Source: Ophelia neglecta | Lineage: Eukaryota | Assembly (NCBI GenBank): GCA_965285935.1 | Contig: OZ260663.1 | Location: forward strand, 69,192,001 to 69,256,000 | Length of the DNA: 64,000 nucleotides | Direction: 5' to 3' | Shown: positions 54,701 to 64,000 of the stretch, piece by piece | Position numbering within the stretch: position 1 is the stretch's first letter | How the letters are laid out: each line of letters starts with the position of its first letter | Position numbers and translations under genes: made by a program | The notes under the pieces: generated by a model | Databases searched by the model: none | Told to the model about the DNA's origin: nothing | Seen by the model: the letters and a program-made list of their open reading frames with translations, nothing else

Positions 54701-57364
54701 TAATTAAATTTCTACATAATTGTACCATACAATTACCATTGCTTTCACTTTCGCTCTCATTTTCAATGATAAATCTGCTTCTGACCAATTCTCCCCAAAA
54801 TCTTTTGTGCAAAAATCAACTTCTTGGCGGAGGCATCCAGGGGATGACGCTAGGTCAGCGCCAATATTCTTGCAATATAGTTTTTTTCTGACAGTAAAGG
54901 TTATTTATTATTTGGATTTTGCAGAATTGATGCGATTATTCTCGGCCTTATACTCAGCCAGGAATTTTTGTTTGCTCATATTCCTGTGCTTTCTCGTTTC
55001 ATAGTGTTTCAAAACCTAGATTGTGGCCACAAAGAAATGAACAAATAATAATTAGTAATAACCTGCCATATATGGAGTAAGTAGAAGTATTGGATGCAAA
55101 AAGCGTCGAAATCAGTTTCCTCTACCTGCTCAAATAAGTAGTGTACTTGGTGGGAGGCAGTTTTGGTGGTAGGAATCTGCTCTCCCAGCTACTTTGGCTC
55201 ACAGAAGCCAGAAGACGTGTCAATAAATGTTGCAGTTTCTTAAATGACTTTAGTACTGTAGTATTGAATATTGTAGTTTCTGAAATACTTAATTCACTTA
55301 AGAACATGCAAATAGCCATGTTGATATAGGCACAAGATTTGTACCAGTAATGACATGTATAGCATGTGCAAAGCAAAGCCTACTTCCATAATGAATTGGC
55401 AGTCTTTTTCTCGTTTTATTAGCATTAACAGACCAAGAATCATGACAGACCTAGGTTGACTTCAGGCGAGCCTACGTCAGTAACTCTTGTTACTAGAGTT
55501 AGTGGAGATGAGCCCGAAGTAGGTATGTAGGCAGGCGCATCTGTTACTTTCGCATTAACTTCGTTACATCAGGTGCAACTCTAGAAACTGGAATAAGTCT
55601 GGCCAACTCGGCCAAATTCAGCTTCATGGAAGATTTTTGTCATGAAACTATCAATTCATGATAGGTTGTGGCCTGTGGCAAATTGATATGCATGATCGTT
55701 TCTAATGTCATGAAAATAGGGTATTTCCTCCTCCACTTAGCATGTCCTCAAAAACCAAAAAAGGGGTCTCTTTGAAAATAAGACTTCGCAAAATTAAAAA
55801 CAAAGCACATTTCATTGTGCAATCTTAAAATGCGGCATTATAGACTATAGGGGCGTTCCATTTGGCCTAGCGGTTTATAGAAATGGTTATTGGGTATTGT
55901 TTGTTATTACCTTTCCCTAATAAAGGGGCGGATATTTTTCTTCACTTCAAATTTTCGTAAAATGAGATATACTTTTTCAATTTATTTTTAAGAATAATAG
56001 ATAATGAAATAATATAATTAAGTGGCAAAAAAAGAGGTCACTCATGCAGGAGCTTGCATACAAATGGTTATTTCAGATGAACACGTCAAAGTTCAAGAGA
56101 AAGTTTATAAATGAAAAGAAAAAGAATCAAGATGATTGCGAGAAGTGCAAAAATAAATTTGGTACTTTCCTCCATAAATTTATGCATATATATGTAGTAT
56201 ATTAATTTTAATGGGCGACATGGTTTCTATATAAATAACTTTTGTAATCACAGAGAAACAGTTCTCCGCCGGGCATCCACTCTCGTTTTTAACTTGTCTT
56301 ATAAAGCTTATACCACAGGACAGGGAAAAGAATTCTCTGCGGGAAAATTTAGGGAAATTGAAATTTGAAATGATGACGGAATTTTTTGCTAAAATCAAGG
56401 ACAAATCAGGGAATTTCAAGGCTTCTGGTGGTCTCTAGTGCAAATAACTCCCTAGGGTATATCAGAAGATTATATTAATCAGTACACTAGGCTATTTCTT
56501 TTACATCTACATGTTTAGCCATCTACATCCTTACTTGAGCAATCATTGAGCAATCATTGCCCTAGATCTGTGGGCGGGGGGGGGGGGGGGGTATGGGGGA
56601 GGTATCTATATTATAAATTACAATCATTTATTTGTTTGAGGACCATATATATTATTGCGTCAACTTATTCGGCAGGCTTTGGTTTTGATTGATTAATATC
56701 AAACAAACATTAATTACCATTTGATATGATCATTCATATATGACATGACACCACATGACTACCCTCTTTACTCTTTTCAGTTATTCATTAAATGTTTGAG
56801 GGCTGAGCATTTCCTGTTGTTTTAGATTAAGAGCCCTGCTCTCCTAGAATCTTCAGTCTTGTATAGCTTGATGAACTGTTGCATGATGCTTCATTTCTAA
56901 CAATTCTTTAACACGGGCTCGTCAATTCCAAAAAGCTAACAGAACATTTTGGTGTAAACAGGTAAGTTGATATTTATTTAATAAAGTCAATTCTCCTAAG
57001 GCAACATCATGCTCCTCCGCTCCTTAAGCTCAATCGACCTCATCTGCATCTGCATCACCAGCTACAGTTTACAAGTTCAGTGAAGAAGGTCATCAGAGTG
57101 TGAAGCTTAATGCTGAGTTGGACGGTGATGGGGCAATTCAAGAGATGCATGTGCCTGAACCACCTGAACGCTAGCTAGTCAAGGAATTGACTCCATGTAG
57201 GGTCCACCACCCCGTTGGCTCAACTGGAAGTAGCACCTCAGTTAAACAGATGGTAGCAATCTAAGGAACTCGGGACAGGAGAAATCCTGTAGGCTGTTAA
57301 GTGTGCTCAAAGTCATTTCTCATTCTAATATGGCAATTTTTGGTGAATCACACCCTAATTTCTG

Positions 57365-58380
57365 CATCCCCTGCGGGTTCGGGGAAAGAATAGGCCCGAC
57401 GTACCTCTGCGTGTCGTAAAAGGCGACTAAAAGGGGCGTCCTGTTTGCCGTTGGAATCAACCTGTGTTGGGGGAAAGACGGGATCCTGGTAGTTGAGCTT
57501 ACCTGATCACCGCGGTGTTTAGCGACAACACACCACTTCGACCCTTATTGGCATCTGGAGACTTCCTCATTGAGGTCTCCAGAAAATCCCAACATGACAA
57601 CCTGCTCGGATTAAAGTCTCTGGTAGAGATCCCTGTCAAGGCGACTCCTCACAAGTCAATGAATACTAGTAAAGGAGTCATCCGCTGTCGGGATCTCAAT
57701 GCCTGCACTGAGGAGGAGATTCTGGATGAACTCGAAGACCAGGGATTAACACAGGTCAGGTGCTGCACACGCAAGACACCTGACACTGCTGTGAAAACTG
57801 GTACTTATTTTTCTAACATTTAACTCTCCAAGTCTACCTCCTACATTGAAAGCTGGCTTCTTGAACCTCAAGGTTACACCCTACGTGGTACCAATTGCAA
57901 GGGAGCGCATGCCTCGTCTGATCGTAAGTGTCCCGTCTGGGTACGGGAAAAGGAGATGCAGGCCTATAAAGCAGTCTCCTTTTCTGGAACTCGTAAAATA
58001 ATTGAAACTAGAACACCAGGCGGACCAGCTGGCAAATCTTACGCCGCTGCAGCAACCCCTGTCTTAAAACGAGCTCCTACCCAGAGATCGGCGGAGATTC
58101 AGGTAAACACCGAAGAGTTGAAGTCTCTTGCTCCAATACATCCATCAACGAGCAAGTCGAGCTATCGAGGCAAATACTAACACAAACTTAAGTCAGAATA
58201 ACCCAAACAGAACAAACGATCACTACCAATAATAGACCTCACACAGACAGAGAACGGAAAGGGGAGGACCCTGTCTCCCAATTTAACCGTTTTGGTGCGC
58301 TGTCTGGGGACGAGGAGGAGGAGATTGATCACCAAAGTGATACACCTCCTCCTATGAACCTGGCTACGGGTCAGGCGACC
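57365..58380 (+). mobile_element. 5' part of an I/Nimb/Loa-type non-LTR retrotransposon: structured leader plus disrupted gag-like ORF1
   Basis: LASGDFLIEV...PHKSMNTSKGVIRCRDL...EEEILDEL..QG is characteristic of I-clade ORF1. Zinc-knuckle remnant NCKGAHASSDRKCPVW at about 57893-57940; KSYAAA motif. Stops and deletions present; no ORF2. Confidence 0.82.
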
Positions 58381-59662
58381 ACAAAAACTAACATAGTTAG
58401 ATTAAATCGGGGCCCTCCCCCAAAAGAAAATGCATGGCAACTAAATCGATATTCTGCAAAGAAGGTCAAGAAGGTCAATATAGGAAAGAATGCTCGAAAA
58501 TCTCTTGATGCACCAGGTATACTGCTCATTAATTCTTGTCCAATTGTAAAAGAACTCGTTAAGTGATGCTAAAAAAGTTGTAATAAACTTTTTATCTCAT
58601 AGTTTTTCTGATTTACAGGGTTTAGTGATCTTTACAAGCTGCTCTTCAGGAATGAATGTTTGAAGATGTTAGGTGTCATAGTGGCAGGACTTCAGGAGCG
58701 ATGTCCCTTGAAAATCTTTTTCCTTTGTGCAATCAAAGCCTTTGATCCCTTAGGGATAACAACACACTGCTTCAGTTAGAAAATCAATCTAAACCCTCAC
58801 TAACAAGTGTCTTTAAAAGACATTATCTGTCGGCAATAGGGGTAAAGGCGGTTTTTAACCCTTTATCTACAAAACCGCCTGTACGCCATACCCCCTTACC
58901 GTCCAAGACTGCCAGTAGGCTATCAGAGCTACATGTGTATACCTGAACCGTCCGAAACTGCCCTACAAGGGGGTGCCCAACCTTTAACATTACAAAAATG
59001 CGCTCAAGAGATGGGATCGTAGATGTGAGCAATGCATGCAATCGTTAATCAAACTACTTTCCCATAATACAAAACTTCGATATGGTTGCTATTTTTGATA
59101 TAATCTAGTTTTGAAACAGAAACATAAAAAAAAATCAAGATTGGCCACGTGGAGATGGCTGTCGATTATGTTGTAAATCTCTTTTCATTCATTGTTTACA
59201 ACACACTCGATGAACACCTGGGTCAATGGCGTCAACAATGGAAATTCCCCATCACCGGAGCTTCTCAGCATATTGTTTTTTTAAAAACATTTTTGAGTGA
59301 AATGCTCCTGTTATTGACTGTGATGATAACCTTCCCGTAATTTCTTGTTTTTATTACAATTTGTAACGTTATTTATTGACAGAACGATATTTAGAAACAA
59401 GTTTAATTTAACAATTCATATTGAAACAATGTAGATGTAAAACAGGAAAAAAATCATGGGCTCTCTGGCAGGATGCAGCCTTTGGAAATTAAATATGTGA
59501 TTATGGTAGCCTGGGTAAACCTTTGTGTGGCCTACCAATTTTATTTAATGAGTTACCAAGCACATAGTTCCCATTAATAATGTAAACTAAGCTTTGTTCA
59601 AAAGTGAAATATGGCAATCCATTAAAGCTCTTGCTCTAGTACTTCATTTGTAATGTATATAA

Positions 59663-62568
59663 TTAAATGTCACCACAAGCTACAAGCGTAAAATCGTTGT
59701 TTGTTTTCCCAGAATTGACACTACATGCAATTATATATTTTCCAGGTCGAACTTGAACACAGCGCCAGGTGCCTGTCTTAAACTTGTAACAACAAATCAC
59801 GCCCACTACTACGATTCCTGCCAGAAGGAGAAAACCACACACACCACCCATCAGGATGGACACACTGCAAGGAAAAAGTGTGCCGTTAGAGTAATATCAA
59901 AGCGATTTTTTAGAGACGGATATCCTTCGTCAATAACAGGATGCAATCAGGCACTAAGATGAGAAAAGTGGCTGCTGGTTTAATTATAGTGTGCAGCATC
60001 TGCGGCTGGGGTTATCCAAATAGCCAAAACACAATGGCTTATGCCTTATAAAGGCCAACTTTAATAAAGTAATAAAGCAAACAGACATTCTGGGCAAAAA
60101 AAGAAAGTTTAAGAAAGTTCTACCACACTCCAGATATCACTTATCATCCTTTCCATCCCCGACCCCACCCCACCCCCACCCTCCCGGCAACATTCAGTGC
60201 GATTCAATGTGATGAAACTTGTCAAACCGACCGAGTGGGACAAAAGATAACATGTTTTCCGTAGTTAATAACAATGCATTTAAACAATAATTTCCACTGA
60301 TTTCTTTCTTTACATATGTCTACCACATTGACAATTACGTCATGTAAACGCGGACTTCATTTGTTTGTCTGTTTCATCAGACGATCCCACTAATTGTCTT
60401 GACTTATATACACACGCCTCCATTTCAAGATCCTCTAATGTACCCTGACCCGTTGTATTAACCAGATGTCCCTTACTTACAGGTTTGTACCGTTGCATTG
60501 TAAAGTCATTCGCTTTCCTTTGATGACATGAGCACAGAGTGTCTGGTCATCACCGTCACTTGGCCTAGGGCACCAAATAGTCGTCCACGCGGGTCCAGGG
60601 TCTAGGAAACATTAAATTCTTTCAAAAATACTTGTTCCGTACAAAAGAACTGTCTATCAACAGTCTTGTGCCATAATTTAAAAGGTAAGATGTTAAAATC
60701 TATTAAAAAAAAGTTTCCTAAACACTAACGAAACACAGTGCCAATATTTCTTCGTGCAAAATGAACCTGTCGAGTGCCCCAGTAAAACGTCGACTTCTAA
60801 TTAACAACGGGTACAAGTGTCACATGCAGATTTAAATGCCACATAAATAGCAAGAGGAGACTTGGTAGACGTAAATATGATATATTGGACAATTAGGCCG
60901 ATATATATGTATGTTGAGCTGCAAAGTGGAATATTGGCAGGAAATGTACCCCACTTTCCAGCCGTTAACCCATTCGTTAACATGGTAGTGAGGATTACGT
61001 TTTTCTACATGAAACCTGCATGAAACCAACATATTCCATCATTAGTGTATTATTTGTGCTCTCAAGATTCGAGTAATTGTTTTTAGTAGTCGTGTTAAAT
61101 GAGCAGATACGACACATATTGACATGAATGGTTGTACTTAGAAAGCTCTGTATTTCCCAGCAGATTGTACATAGGCCTAGTGCTGAAGATGAACTAAATT
61201 GTTGATCATTCTAAATATATTCTTGAAATATAGACCTGCATAAAGTTTATTGATTAGGTCAAAAGGTTACACGTTGTTTCCCGCCTTGATCGCGACCTTA
61301 TAGATTTTAAAAAAGTGTCAGGAGCAGACTGGGCAGATAATACTCCTCCACTGTACATCTCGTTTGGTTTTGATTAAAAGCAGAGGCGCGGAACCTCGCG
61401 GAGAAAAATTCCCGAGATAAGGACACAACACTCGAATTTATCAACCTGCCCATAACTCTTCTCCAACCCTGAATTAACCCTACCCTTGCAGACGACTTTT
61501 TGCTTGCTGCCACTTAGATATACCCATGATCCCCGCCTCCGCATGGTCTCCGTGTTTAATCAATAACCTCAAATTTCACTATTTTTAAGTTTTAAGTGGA
61601 GGCGAGTGGTGCACATCATGGGTGTAGGTTGATTGCTTTAGCGAGACGGTTCTTTTAGTACAATGTCGGCACTTTTGCCTATTATTTTAAATTCTTATTC
61701 AATTACCCTTAAGTAGCTGATTTTAATATGCCTACTATTTCTTCATTTTTATATTAATACCTTATGGTGCTAAATGAAAATCTTCCAACTGTTCTTATCA
61801 TATAAATCTGTATTTTTTCTATGAAACGTTGCGTTTGCATGGGTTTAGAAAACATTTCTTTTAGTAAAAATGCTATCTTGGTAATGTATGTAATGATAGG
61901 TAGATCAATATCCTACCTGTGATGTATCATGTAGGATAGGCTTAAACCTTTGTTGTAGTAAAATTTCCCATATGTTGGGAGTTATGGTATTTCATTTTTA
62001 CGGTTATTTTCCTATACATGTTTTATAATTATTGTTTTCTCCGTGTTTTTAAACCCTACACTGTGTACCTGTTTTATATGAGTACTGTTTTCTGATGTAT
62101 CCTGTTGTCTTACTGGCACAGATGGTGGTAGCCCGCTCCTGACAACAGGCAGGGCTGTGGTAATATCGACAGCATTGGGTGTGGTCCGTGGGGTCACCCA
62201 ACCGGGGGCAAGATTCTGGATAATCCATTCCTGCTGGGCAATTTGTCACAGCCACAACTGTTTAGTAGTTGTTTGAAAAAAAGAATTATTTTCGAAATTG
62301 GCAATGTTTATATGCATGGTATACAGTTGATCTATTTCTTGAATGCTGCTGCAATCCGTTGATTGGGGCATAACATGAGTTTAGTAATACGCTAGAAATA
62401 ACTGGTTAGAACTTTTAAACACCATGAAACTAATCTTTGACAGACAATGTTTATTGAAGGAGGGCGCAACAGAAATGGCTTACCATTAGAAAAGTATATC
62501 AGTAAGACCAAGGAAAACGGCCGATTTACTTCTAATAATCGAATGTCTATTCCTAACTGAGGCCGCAT
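59663..62568 (-). CDS. Small Cys-rich single-pass membrane protein, Shisa/VOPP1/CYYR1-like (~183 aa)
   Basis: Phase-consistent exons 62484-62568 (signal-like FSLVLLIYFSN), 62114-62257 (CPAGMDYPESCPRLGDPTDHTQCCRYYHSPACC), 60481-60601 (WCPRPSDGDDQTLC) and 59663-59864 (TM ILMGGVCGFLLLAGIVVVGVI, then CCYK). Family assignment rests on cysteine pattern only. Confidence 0.72.
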
Positions 62569-64000
62569 CCTGGCTCACATAACTTGATTTTCTATAATAG
62601 GAATATCAACTATAATAGGAATATCAAGAATAATTATTGACGATAGATCTATGCGATACACTGTATGAATCCATGTCATTTTGTGGTTTCTTTTATCAAA
62701 GTCAGCGTGCATGATTTGGATGAGAAGCGAGCATACAGCTAAGTTACATACTTCCTTTAATGTACGTATATACAGAGAAGCACATTTATATATTGGATTT
62801 TAGACCTGTGTGGTATTCGGTGTTTATACATGTGGGTCCATTGATTTGTTAAATGCATCGTAAAAATGGAGACGATGACAATGCTTATGGATGCCCTCCA
62901 ACATATGATAAATGAAATGTAGTCCAAGGGTTGAATACCATAAAGGTATTAGCATTTAAAAATAAACATCATCTTAAATTGACTTAACTAATGTGAAAAG
63001 CTATCTTACCAGGGAAAATAAATAGAAACCGGTAAATAGATCTATAAGGTGACCCGTTCTACCTTCCGTCTAAGACTGCATTCGACCATGCCTTCAGGTG
63101 ATCTTCATTCCAGTGATGATCAGTTGATATCGGTCATCGATCACTGTAGTATACATCCCACAGCATGCCTCTCCTGTTTCCAGTGACCAGCACTGTAGAC
63201 TACTCAAACAAACCGGTTTTAATATGTTTACCATACACATTGTCATATGAATAGGATGTCTCCATTCCAAACCTTTCGTCATTGTCCATGGTCCTGCAGA
63301 ATCTAATATATTCTTTTAACTTATAGGGCACGTGGGAGCAGTCCGATTGAATACCAACAAATATATGTGATACTTAATCTCAAATGACTTGAATCACGAT
63401 AGTCTACTTTAATTAATATTAACAAACCATCATCTGCGTCCCGAAATATTATATATATAAATGCAACCTAATACTGTTTCATTTTATCTAGCTCTTTAAT
63501 GTCAGCCGTATGGTAATTAAGGTTGATTAAGTATATCTTTGAAATCCATAGAACCCACATCCTATTTTAAATATATTCGTATATATGTACATTATTTATT
63601 TTGGGGTCATCGCCATATAAGAGTTGTGATTGTTTATAGAATAAGCGTACATTATTTCCAGGGATCTGAAAAGCTGCATACTGCCTTTACAGAGATGTTG
63701 TTTACGATCTGAATCAGGAAGACTATATACCGTATGAATTTATGTATGTACTTTTATTTTGCCACCTTTACATAAGGTATACATAAGTTTACACAATATA
63801 TAATATAATTACTGACATAATATAACCAATTAATACTACATTTAGATAACTTGCACATTAATGGTAATACAATATTATATGGTTATTTACAGTTTAAGGA
63901 CATACAAAGAATAACACATTTCGCATACCTCCGAACTTTCATAAAAGCATATCGTGCACCATTGGCGGCTAATTTAGGGACGGAAACGTTAAGGCCGTGT

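Noticed and set aside
56781-57260. Plus-strand exon-like segment with AG and GTAAGT signals and coding-like composition
   Set aside because: No sustained ORF or recognisable homology.
63063-63293. Possible minus-strand exon (acceptor ttctgcag at 63294; one frame reads MDNDERFGMETSYSYDNVYGKHIKTGLFE*)
   Set aside because: Could be the last exon of an off-window gene or a 5' exon of the Shisa-like gene; frame and linkage cannot be determined here.

Overview
AT-rich, intron-containing eukaryotic DNA, probably from an invertebrate animal (the species cannot be determined from the sequence). I could reconstruct three genes by hand. (1) On the minus strand, a TDRKH/Papi-like piRNA-pathway gene (N-terminal TM anchor, 2 KH domains, extended Tudor domain; ATG at 31071). 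It appears to have two alternative endings: a normal ~489-aa protein, or an in-frame splice into one uninterrupted 19.55-kb exon (4806-24356) giving a ~6,990-aa giant acidic, repeat-rich isoform. (2) On the plus strand, a complete 9-exon TXNL1 (47037-53516), head-to-head with TDRKH. The shared promoter region is split by a 1.73-kb foldback/Mutator-like element with 9-bp TSDs and nested Harbinger-type MITEs. (3) On the minus strand, a small Shisa-like single-pass membrane protein gene (59663-62568). The rest is intron/UTR with MITEs, a CR1/L2-type LINE fragment, an I-clade-type LINE ORF1 remnant with a structured 5' leader, and a 114-bp tandem repeat. The strongest candidate for an undescribed system is the splice-switched giant TDRKH isoform. 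All splicing is inferred from splice signals and reading-frame phase; there is no transcript evidence.
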